A stretch of 64,000 nucleotides of DNA from assembly GCF_964204645.1 (NCBI RefSeq), contig NC_134027.1:6232485-6296484 (forward strand). Direction: 5' to 3'. Below the pieces are notes generated by a model. It worked only from the letters and a program-made list of their open reading frames with translations. It was not told the origin of the DNA and did no database searches. Below, piece by piece: positions 1-18,879 of the stretch. The stretch comes from Tubulanus polymorphus (Eukaryota > Animalia > Nemertea). The position numbers and the translations under genes are program-made. The stretch's first letter is position 1, and the number at the start of each line of letters is the position of its first letter.

Positions 1-7492
<7,492 letters not shown>

Positions 7493-9551
7493 AGATGAGT
7501 GCACCTGACCTGATATCATTTAAATGTGCAATGTTCCTGCCAGTTGTATTTTGTGCTCGAATGTTTGATGAGAAGAAAATCACAAGATTTTATTGCATAG
7601 ATTAATACCTGCCACTGAATGCCCGATGGTTCCTCGATACTCAATAACGATTGTTATGAATTTCAAACTTTAGACTTAATGGTACTGACATGTGGTGTGA
7701 CGGGTGTCGCAGATACATATTGTATGTAATCAATCGCGACATCTTAAGAGAAACAAGAAAAATTCAATGAGTTCCATGAAAAATAGTTCACGAACATTTT
7801 GTCAACATATTAGGGTAGATTTTTAATGAATGCTGAAAATGTGCCATACTTCATATATGATATTTTGAGTTTACAGTGGAATTATCAACAGTTTTTTGGT
7901 GAGACTTAATGTTGATAATGTGTGTATATAGGAACAAACAAAATTGCTGGCTTGAAATACCGAGCCACTAACCCAACAAACTGCCTAAGGTAATGATTTC
8001 CAGAATTGTTGTAACTGTATTTTGAAAATTTGTTTTCTTTGAAATAATCAAAATTAAGTTTGTAATGTTCTTGATGCATCTAATTTGCATGTTCTACATT
8101 GCATACTGGTAATGAATACATTTTGGCAGCCATTTAAATTTGTTTAAGTGGACACAAATAGAATTCCTCTGTAATATTTATTATTTGTGTATGTTTTATG
8201 TAATGGTAGCAACAACATCCTTTCATATTTCTCATCTGTACATAAATCATTTACTTGTAGTATGCCACTCTAATGGATTATATTTCCTTCGGAACTTCAT
8301 GAATGATATAAATATGATACGTATTATTGTACATAAATCATAGATATTTATATAAAGGGTCTATTTCAAAAGAACACTACTTCCTATTGAAGCAATAATT
8401 GTTATTATAGATAGTTCTATTTGCACCCTGTTAAGTATATATATATATAACATTTAATATTATGCTATTGGCAGTGTTGAAAGAAGGCTAGCCTTACCAA
8501 GAAATAAATTTCGAGTTAGGTATATTACCCGGTTAATATTTCTATTTCAGAAAATCGTATATTGTTCTTCTCAAAAAGATTTTGTATGTTATAATTAGGC
8601 TACTTGGTTGTATACCGGTAATTGCTCTTCAAAGCCATGCAGCATTTATCTGAATTTTCAAGCAGAGATTGATTTTACAGCCAAGCTGTCTGGTGTTCAC
8701 CAAATAAGGGAATGTTTTTGTGCTGAAAATTGATATATGTCACTCATAGATTTATGCCGAGTGTTCGGGAATGAGCTAGCAGCTCGGGTTTTTGTAGAAA
8801 AATAAAAAGAAGAAAGATGGAATATATATAAAAAGTACATGTGCATGTACATGTATTCACACACTGAAAGCCCTCGTATATTTTAACAATATATATATAG
8901 CTGTGTATTGTTGTAAAAATATTTTCGTAAATGTATAAGTACAAGTGGCATTTAACGTGAGATATGTTGTAGTTCATGTATATTAGCTTTCATTGTAATT
9001 AATGACGATTGATAAAAAATGTGCGATTGCATTATTGTATGGTTTGTGTAATATCTGATAATAAGCCAACCATGATGCATTCCTTCAATTGATCGTTTTT
9101 GTGTATTCGAAAATATTTACTGTGTCTCCATTTGAATTCGTTGAAATAATTCAATATCTTATGTTTTAAACCATGATATAACACGTTTCAAATAAAACAA
9201 TTTTACTTTTTTGGAAGATCTTTCTTTTCTCGAGTTATTGACCATTAGTGTACTTACTATCCTTGTCGACAAGTGGCCAAAATGTACCTTTCAATGGTCG
9301 GAGAACACTCAGTACTGGAACTTTCACAATTTCATCTATATTGCCCAATCGAATAGGGATTGAATGAACCATGGTGTGGCAGCTCCTCGTAACAAGGTTC
9401 CCATTGAAAACAATGAACAATAGAGGAATTAGGAAGTTTCAAAGGTTCTTATCGTATTGCATTAGATTTTATTTTCTAAGGTTTTTGAAAACATGGTAGC
9501 TATACAGAGTATAATACATATGTACAAAATGCAAGCCTATCACTAGTTGTG

Positions 9552-10453
9552 TCAATATTGTCCAAGAGTTTGATTGTTTTCATGCAATTGTTGGATTAAG
9601 GCTGTCAAATCATTCCTGTCCTCTCCATCATCATCATCTTCCTCTTCTTCGTCCATATCTGGATCCATTTCTATAGAAATTGAAATGAAAGGCAATTCAT
9701 TTAAAGACTGCTTACCCATATATATCAAAGCCAATATTGAGAGTTTGATCCGATCACGATTCGTAGAACACTATATCCGTGTTGACGCGATGAGGAGAGA
9801 ATCCCACAATGATAATAAAAAGTCTGAAAATGAAACTTCGAGATAGTAGTTTATTTCAACGTTTCGACTATATCCTAATAGTCATCTTCATTATTCCTGA
9901 AGATGACTATTAGGATATAGTCGAAACGTTGAAATAAACTACTATCTCGAAGTTTCATTTTCGGACTTTTTATTATCATTGTGGGATTCTCTCCTCATCT
10001 TTGATCCGATATTCTTACCTTCTTCTCTCCTCATATTGCCAACACTGAGATCCAGTTCTTCAACACTCTCCTCAGTCAAGCTAGCTACACTGGGTGGCCA
10101 TGAATAATTTTGCTATAAGATGAAACATACAAGCACTTATGAACTGCTGGAAGAAGTTTCTTGAGAAAAATCAACTCTAATCTTATATCAAATGTACCTC
10201 TTCTCTGATGTAATCTGAAATCACAGATGATTCTTCTTCACCTTGTTCATGTTCTTCGCGAATCTGGTTAATCAGTGCCAGCTCCTCTACCTAAAATATT
10301 TTTACCATTGATAAAGCATTTTCCTGGAAGGAACAGGAATAAATATTGTGTAACTACCTTAAGTCTGTTAAGTTGATCTTGTAGTTGTGTAGCAATTGCC
10401 AGTAAACTCTTTTCTTCCTCTTTCAACACTTGTAGGTCATTTATGGAAGACAT
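9552..10453 (-). CDS. SNAPC5: snRNA-activating protein complex subunit 5 (SNAP19)-like, 4 coding exons, about 134 aa
   Basis: MSSINDLQVLKEEEKSLLAIATQLQDQLNRLK|VEELALINQIREE...|QNYSWPP...ELDLSV...|EMDPDMDEEEEDDDDGED...GQY*. The DQLNRLKVEELAL motif and acidic tail are the SNAPC5 signature. An alternative upstream in-frame start is at 10465. Confidence 0.85.
9755..9999. mobile_element. Palindromic insertion, probably a Penelope-like retroelement terminal fragment, with an 11-bp TSD, in the last SNAPC5 intron
   Basis: Arms 9789-9890 and 9898-9999 are 102 bp with 1 mismatch. The loop is TTATTCC and there is a 34-nt unpaired tail at 9755-9788. Direct repeat TTTGATCCGAT flanks it at 9744-9754 and 10000-10010. 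Confidence 0.75.
9891..9938 (+). ncRNA. Minimal type I hammerhead ribozyme-like motif (Penelope-type variant)
   Basis: UUAUUC-CUGAAGA-U-GACUAU(UAGGAU)AUAGUC-GAAA-CGUU-GAAAUAA. It has the CUGANGA and GAAA core, a 6-bp helix II, a palindromic ACGU mini helix III, and helix I UUAUUC/GAAAUAA with one bulge. Confidence 0.62.
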
Positions 10454-11762
10454 CGCCAACAACATTCATCGCTGAAAATTTTGAAAATATTCGAAAATTG
10501 TTTAGAATTACTTTGCTATGAAACGACTTTGAGTGGCAAAATATTTCATCCTGCATACTATTATTAGTCATGTTTTATATACTGTAGACATGTAGTGTAG
10601 TGAAAACTTTGTTGTTGGGCTACAAGCATTTTGACAGTAAGAGACCAGAGTAAGTCTTGACTTGTTGAGACTGTCGATGGTTGATAATGAGGAGCGACTA
10701 CACTTTAAGGTGTCCCTACTAATGGTTATGTACCTAACCTAACCATAACACTATCCTTTAAATAACACTGTACTGTAGCGCCACACTTGACTTGACATGA
10801 CTAACTTGACTTGACTCATGACTGTTCAGCGTTTGAGGTAGTTAGTTACCTAATCGTTGGTGGTAAGCTTTTTATAATCGGATGGGCTTATACCAACTAT
10901 GTGGTTTGTGAAAATATCCGATCGTGAAACATGTGAAACTAAACCACAGACACAGGTTACTGACTACGTTTGTTGAGGCCAATTGGAGCCTGTTCGCCGG
11001 TCTGGCTAACACACAATGGAAAGGTGACCCAAACTGCAGTTAGACCAGCTATAGATATAACTGATCACCACTCAGCATCATACTTACATTCATTTTTATA
11101 TGAGAACAAATATTTTAAGTGTATACAATAAAGTTTTATTGTATTGAATTGGCCATAGACTACAAAAGAGAAATCACGGAATCGGACTCGGAATAGAAGA
11201 CGGACTATTTCTATTCCTATTCCGTGATTTATCTAATACCCACCCGGAAATCAAATAAATTGGAAATTGATTGAGTGAGGTACTCCCGAAAAACCATCGA
11301 TGTTCGGCGAATAAATTAAGGAATCCAACTTCCTTGTGACTTGTCATTAATTACTTTACTCCAGAGAATTAACAGGTAGGTAATCTAATGTGAACCTATG
11401 TTATTGCATAAAAGTTATGTATTGCCACCATATGGTATTTTTAAGTTGTCGTTCGTGAATGCAGAAAGAAGCAGTGAAACCAACTTCTTGTGAATCAGTG
11501 AAGAAGGATGACCCAAACCTACCCCATTTCACATCACATGTCATTTCAGAGTATTCACTTGTAAACGATGTAAGAAAGTAGTCTTTAGTAGGAGCGTATT
11601 TTGATTGTCGATAAGTGTGAAATAGTAAATTTTAAAAACCACAAATCAAATAGGCCTAATGTCAAACCAAAGTCCAAACGTCATTAATAAAGGCTTAACA
11701 TGATCGCTGAATTTATTCTTTAAACAGCTGTTCAATGTACTGAAATGCGTTCTATCCCAACA

Positions 11763-11990
11763 GAGATATCAATTGTCTATAGCTAACTATAGGTAGCATT
11801 CATATCACCATAGTCACATAGCTGACAATAATATTCCTCATCTATATGCTGTTTTATAGGCCTACAGTACATGTTTTTATTTTCATACAGATATCAATTG
11901 TCTAGCTAGCTATAGATAACATTCATATTACTGCAGTCACATAGCTGACAATAATATTCCTCATCTGTGCTGGTATACATGTTTTATTTT
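11763..11990. repeat. Diverged tandem duplication, about 125-bp unit x2, upstream of the SLC26 coding region
   Basis: AGATATCAATTGTCTA...GTCACATAGCTGACAATAATATTCCTCATCT...TACATGTTTT occurs twice, starting at about 11764 and 11889. Confidence 0.8.
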
Positions 11991-12738
11991 TGTACAATGT
12001 CATCATTATTTCAGAATGTAGCTTACGAGTTTTTAGTTAACTTTTGGCTCTGAGAACTGATTGGAGAAATTCCCTAAGAACTATCACAAGAATAAAACAA
12101 GCGTAATCTTCACTTTTATAGAGATTGATTTAAAATGTGTCTTTTCCGAAATTTCATGAAAAAATAAATCATCCTCCTACAGAAGATCAGATGGCCGTTC
12201 ATAGCCTACATGTACTAGTCAAATTTGAAATCTTATAGACCTTATATTAATCACTATTTAAAAAGTCAACTTTTTTCATGACTTCGGCATTGGGGGTAAT
12301 AATTCGCTTGAATTAGTCATATGACTGTTATTAAACACTCACTGGTAAATGCCTGAAGGTAAAATTACAAATGAATAATGTATTTCTGATGAACTGTAGT
12401 TTCATGTGTAAAATGTGGCTGACAGGCCTGCTTTCTAGAATGTTCCAATGATTCATTGTCACGCGGTATGAAGCACTGTGTATGAAATTATCTTCTTCAG
12501 CATTTTATTTAATATTGAAAGTTTTGACTACAATCAAATAGTATTCATTAGCATGAACAGATCAGGTTGTTGTATGGGTTATCAACTGACCTTCGTGTTA
12601 TCTAGCCTCGATAAAGGTTTTCAATATTATTATTGTGTGTCAATTGTTCTGCCCTTATTTTTCAGACTTGTCTGAAATGCTCGCGTCGTAGCAGAACGTG
12701 CGAATTGTGTATAATACTAAACATTGGAAAAGTGAAAT

Positions 12739-15700
12739 ATGGAAAATCAGTGTTACGCTCCATCTACGAATATAAGCCGTGCGCCGTCTTCGAGTTCGCT
12801 GCATCAGCGAGTATTAGTTCACAGACCGGTCTATAATCAACCGAAATTTGACGAAGGATACGAAATCACGATATGGCAAGAGAAAACATTTCGAGAAAGA
12901 CTTTCGAGCGCTCGTAATAAATTGACCTGCTCGAAAGATGCGCTACGACGATTCTTCTTGCTACGTTTTCCATTTATCGGAATCTTAAAGAAGTATTCCA
13001 AAGACTTTATTGCCGGCGACATTATAGCCGGAATAACTGTAGCTATCATGCATATACCACAAGGTAGGTAGACCAATGTTTTGTGAAGGTAAAAAATCAA
13101 TCAAAACATGATCAAGAACATGTATTTATGTTTATCATACTACAGTCCTATATACAGGGTGGTACCAAAAATGCCACCTCATACTTCTCTTCTACTTATT
13201 AGAATCCTTCAATATTCATATAGATCGATAGCAAATTATGAGTCAGTTGGAACACTCTGGGCTAGAGTAAAGATGGCAAAGCCTCAGTACTCCATCAGTA
13301 CTGAAATTTATTGTGATGATATCCTTTCCTTGTATCTAATAGTGACAGGGTAGTGATAAATGAAAAGAAGTATACCTAGAGCAAAATCATGTCAACAGGT
13401 TGTTGAGGCTTGATTTTTTAAAGCCATTTGATATAAGGATTCAAAATATAAAAGAGTGGAATAAATAGTGTGAATGTGTAGGCTACAAATTGATGAACAT
13501 TATTAACTTAAAATTCAGAAGTTTTTGCACCGGTATTTTTCTTTCATTTAGGAATGGCGTATTCATTGTTGGCTTCATTACCTCCAGTGTATGGTTTATA
13601 TGTATCGTTCTTTCCTGTGATATTTTACTTCTTCTTCGGTACATCTAGGCATATTTCAATTGGTAAGTTTGTCAGTTTATCTGTTTATTCAACTGTGAAA
13701 ATGTTTTCAGATTTAATGGGGATGAAGTAAGGAAAATAGGTTGTTTTAATGTATAGTAATATGATGTGTGTTTTCAGGTACATTTGCTGTAGTATGTTTG
13801 ATGATTGGTAGTTCAGTTGATCGGTTAACTCATGACTTTCAGCCTCCTCTATTCAACTCCACAAATAGTGATGACAATGTTACAGATATTGCGAGAAAAG
13901 CTGAATATGAACAGTTACTTATCGAAGAAAAAGCATCAATCGCGATGCAGCTTTCCTTGATAACAGGATGTGTCCAGGTAACTTGAAGTTCTTACCATAC
14001 TCGATTATTTGAATTCATTTACTTGAGCTATTTTAGGTTTGATCTGATATAAATGTAATACTTTCAAAATCTTTTTCAGTTAGCAATGGGTTTCTTGCAG
14101 TTGGGATTTCTCACTATTTATCTATCAGATCCATTAGTTAGTGGTTTCACAACAGGAGCTGCAATGCATGTATTTACAAGTCAAGTGTCACATATCTTTG
14201 GAATCAAAGTTGAGAAATACAGTGGAGCTTTACGCTTGATATATGTAAGCACATTTCAGAATTCCATTTCCTATCTCAGTTCTTACCGTAATACCTATTC
14301 TGTTGGGTTTGTCTTTGGCTATTGTGTTCACTTTTCATTCAACTGGCCATGGTGTCCCTGGACCCCATAGTTACTGTAAAAACTTGAATTGTTCATTTGC
14401 TATTTTCAGACATATATTGATTTATTTGCTAAGATATTGGAGACAAATCTTGCGGCGTTAGTCATGTCGTGTGTGTGTATAATTATTCTCATCCTCGTTA
14501 AACAATGCATCAATGCACGTTTCCAAAATAAGATGAAAATGCCTGTTCCAGCTGAGATTATTGTGGTGAGTTTTAACAGCATTGAAAGGAGACTCATTCT
14601 TTATACTTTTTCATTGATAAACAATGAATGCTATACACAGCTAAAATCATAATCAATTATGTTTGTTTGTGATGTTGATTTTGATATTTAGGTTGTTGTG
14701 GCGACGATCATTTCACATTTTGCAAAATTCGAAGCAACATATGAAATGGATGTCGTAGGAGATATACCAACTGGGTTAGTTGACATTTTTTAAGCAATTC
14801 GCCGTAATGCAGTCTCTGTTCCTCAGCATTAATCCATATTGTCGATGATTTTTCAGGATTCCTGTACCTCGGATACCCAAATCAAACTATATAAAGAATG
14901 TGTGGATCGATGCAGCGATTATAGCGATTGTTTCATACGCCGTTTCAATGTCAATGTCAAAAATATTTGCGGCCAAGCACGGATATGAAGTAGATTCTAA
15001 TCAGGTGGGTACAACTAAACTGTCCTTTAGAAATTCTGGCATTTACTTCATTTGTGTGAATATATCAATTGATTATATTTGAAACTATTTCGATATCTAT
15101 ACAGGAATTACTCGCTCACGGAGGTGTGAATATTCTTGGCAGTTTATTCAACTGTTTTGTATCATCTGCTTCACTGTCGCGGAGTCTCATTCAAGATTCG
15201 ATGGGTGGCAAAACTCAGATCGCTGGCATCGTTTCATCCGGTTTAATGATCATCGTTTTATTACTCATCGGGCCGCTGTTCTATTCTCTACCAAATGTAA
15301 GAACGATACCCTTTACATTTAATACAGGCCTTCTCACGGTTTTAAACCTGATTGCATCAAAGCTACGATAGGAAAACCCTGTGAATTCACATCTATCGTC
15401 ATCAAATTTTTTCCAGTGTGTCCTAGCAGCAATCATTATCGTGAATCTGAAAGGAATGTTTTTACAGTTCAATCAACTTAAACGACTGTGGCGAATATCG
15501 AAATTCGATTTTGTAAGTGCTCAAATCTGTCTGTCAATACTTTTTGAAACTGGTTATCACATTTTGAAACTTTCATTTTTAGGCCATTTGGATTGTCTCA
15601 TTTCTGGCTACTACTTTTCTGGATGTAGATCTGGGGCTTGCGACTGCCCTGGGGTTTTCATTGCTCACGGTTATAGTGAGAACTCAGAATCCCTATTCCT

Positions 15701-18700
15701 GTATTCTTGGTCGCATTCCCGGTACTGATATCTATCGCAATGTCACTTCATATAAAGCTGTAAGTATAAGTCTTCAGTAAATAAATAGTAGTAGATTTTG
15801 ATTTTTCATTGCTGATATTTCTTCAACGAGGGCTTTTGTTTTCCTGTCAGGCTGAAGAAGTAAAGAATGTGAAGATATTCAGATTTGAAGGATCGCTGTA
15901 TTTTGCAAACGCTGAAAACTTTCGCGATAAGATTTACAAGAAAACTAGTATGAATCCCAGAAAACTGGCCATCAAACGAAAAAAGATGGAATCGGCCATC
16001 AAGCGTGAAATCAAAGAAGCTGAAAAAGTCTGTCTTGAGAAAGAAAAGAAACTAGCATCGTCATCAGTAAGTTTAAGTGAAAAACGTTTAGGATTCCAAA
16101 TAAGATTCTGCACTATACTACATGTACTAATACAAAAACAGTCAGAGCGAAAATTTCTATTGTGGGCTGAACCATGTCGCCCTGATTGATTGGATTCTGT
16201 AAATTCGATTACCAAGATTATTTATTGTGTCTATCGTAGATACAAAATAATGGACACGTAATGGTTGACAACCAGGCTCCTGATGTCATCAATGACAATA
16301 TACCATTAGAGATGCACATACCAGAGGTAGAACTGGCACCGAAATCTGACCACTGCGACATTAAGCAATACCCAGGCTGGCCCTGTTTTGATGTTCATCA
16401 TATAATCCTAGATTGCTCAACGATGGGTTTCATGGATGCGGTGGGAGTAAAAACATTGACTCAGGTATGTGTGCATTATCAAAAAGATAGATTCATATTT
16501 CATTTTTGGAGGTTGCGTGATTTCCTTTCAAATATTTTTCGCAGGTTATTGATGAATATAGGAATGTTGATGTTACAATATTTTTAGCAAATTGCAAAGG
16601 TAAGCGTGAAAAGATATCCTTATGTTTCTGTCATCCACCCGTGTATAATTGTGGCCTAAATCTATCAAAATGTTGGATTGTTCAATGAAGAATTTTTCCT
16701 TTATTACAGGTAACGTACGAGAGACATTGCATGCAATGGGATTCTTTGAGAAGAATAAACAGGAGCATTTATACGTGTCCATCCATGATGCTGTTGTGGC
16801 AGCTCTCGAGAATGATCCAGAAATACTGAACGGGGTAGGTATTGTGATTACATACTCTCGATGTTGTTGATCTTGTTTCAGGAATTTGATTTACCCTTCT
16901 CATTGGATTCTGTCTTTTGAGCTGGTTAAACAACAACACATATTTCAGTGCGGCCTACATGAAATTGTTTCACGAGAAGAGGTCTCATCAAGATTCAATG
17001 ATATCAATTTTACTGGCACCTACGAGTTCAATGATTGATTCCTTTTACTTTTTAGACCTCATCATTTTCTCACGTAAGCTTTGGGTTGAGGCTCATAAAT
17101 TCCCTGGGAATGGAACCTATTTAGCGATTTAGTTGGCTCGATTGATACCATGTTTGGATAGATATTTCTAATGCTAAAAAACCAGGTTTTTCACATAATA
17201 CAATTATTATTTTACAGTGGTTGAAGACTTCCCCGTTCTCTAAGGTATATTAAAAGATTGTATGCACACAAATGCTGTATAACTACACAATCTGTGTGTA
17301 CTGTTTTTATTTGATTATTTAGATTGGAATGGGATATATGTATTCAGAAACTGGGTACTGGCAAACTTCAAAACAATCGTCTTTCAAGCTGATATAATCA
17401 TTCACTATGCAATTATATCAGTGCTGTGTGCTGTGCAAATAGCTATTTTTCCAACCTTGAACACAAATAACCACTGTTTATGTAGCTAATATTAAACTCT
17501 TAACTTAAAATAGGAGAGCCTTTGCATAAAAGATGACCCTTACCAAATGCATTCTCTATTTGCTAGTCTCCTCTATGTACAGTAGGTTTTAGAGTTCAGT
17601 TGAAATCTATCATATCAGATACAGTTTAACCATACTTCCTTCTCTAACTGATGTTAACATTTTAGTGTCACCTTCTATAAAATGCTAGTATAGACACTGC
17701 TTAAATGAATTAACATACCTTTCACCACTTAAACATTTTCATGGTAGAAAAGAGAATTTGAAACTGTATCATGGCTCAACTGGTCATGGCTCAAACAGAA
17801 TGTTGTCCATCAAGAGGCCGTAAATACTACATTGGTCTGTAATGAGTCAATAAGGACATATGAAAAGGCTAAGAAGCCTACAACATAGTGCATAGTATCT
17901 GCTTTGAAATACAAATGTATTTTTTTACTGCATGTTGTTTGCATGACCAAATATTAATCACTGCTGGTTTCTATGAAAACTGATTATAAATTATTTCTGT
18001 ATCTCGGTTGCCGGCGTTCTATGGAATTCATGTAAAATCTCTCTTGAACAATTGAAAACAAGTCTGAAATGTTTCCTCGAGCTAATTTTGACGGCATCCT
18101 AATCTTCAAGAATACTGAATGTTGGAGTATTCCCCTGATGATGTTTATTATGTCGTGGAAATGCTGAATTAGATAGCTCTGCTCAAGGAAATATTTCAGC
18201 ACTCAAAGAAACTTTCATTTCGTAATAATTTGAACCTTACAACACCAGTGACAGATATTTCCAGGCTGTGTGTTATGAAGTTTAAAGATATTTTGTCTCT
18301 GCGATATTCATGCTCTTTTTAAATGTGCCGGTTTCGAAATTTCTATTCCAGATTCTGTTAGACGCTCACCCTTCTCCGTCGCTGTTGGAAACAGAGGAAA
18401 TAATGCCCTCGGAAGATGACGGTCAAAATAATCCAAACTGCGAAATTAACATTGAACAAGAAGTAGAAGACCGCACAGAGGTATAAAAATGATTATTATA
18501 CAATCATCTTTTTTTGCCCATAAATCACTGATAAGTGGGCAAATATGAAAAAAACTATTTGGGAAATTCTTGATTTCTTAATTGCATGCTTAGATATTCC
18601 ATTTTTTTGCTTGATTTCTTGTACCTATATAGTGATGAATGTTTTTCCCTATGTTTAACTCCTTCATGCAGTAGATCATTTTAATATCATCTACACTCAT

Positions 18701-18879
18701 TGCTACTCTTTTAATCCTTTACCGGTGCTTTTGAATTTTTTAATGGCTTACAATTCACATTTTCCCCATGTTTTACACAAATGCTGTGATTTTAGTTTTG
18801 GTTTTATGGTTTGAATTTTGAACCCTTGATTTTTATATCCTCTTATCACATGTAGGATGATGAAATTACTCACTTTTGA
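12739..18879 (+). CDS. SLC26/SulP anion transporter (prestin/pendrin-like) with STAS domain, multi-exon
   Basis: [16 protein letters not shown]|[33 protein letters not shown]|[52 protein letters not shown] motifs [12 protein letters not shown] and [23 protein letters not shown]. The 3' exons (17218-17244, 18352-18480, 18856-18879, ending DDEITHF*) are inferred from splice signals and frame. The paralog cannot be assigned. Confidence 0.93.

Noticed and set aside
9574-9846. 90-aa plus-strand ORF with poly-Ser
   Set aside because: It is the antisense of the SNAPC5 acidic exon running into the insertion, with no independent support.
10706-10790. Possible small element with CCTAACCTAACC and weak inverted ends
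   Set aside because: The ends are too degenerate to define boundaries or a TSD.
11171-11230. Short inverted repeat AAATCACGGAAT...ATTCCGTGATTT
   Set aside because: The arms are only 12 bp. It is probably a MITE scrap and cannot be classified.
13312-13410. Possible intronic C/D snoRNA (GTGATGA box C) in SLC26
   Set aside because: No suitably placed CTGA box D or terminal stem.
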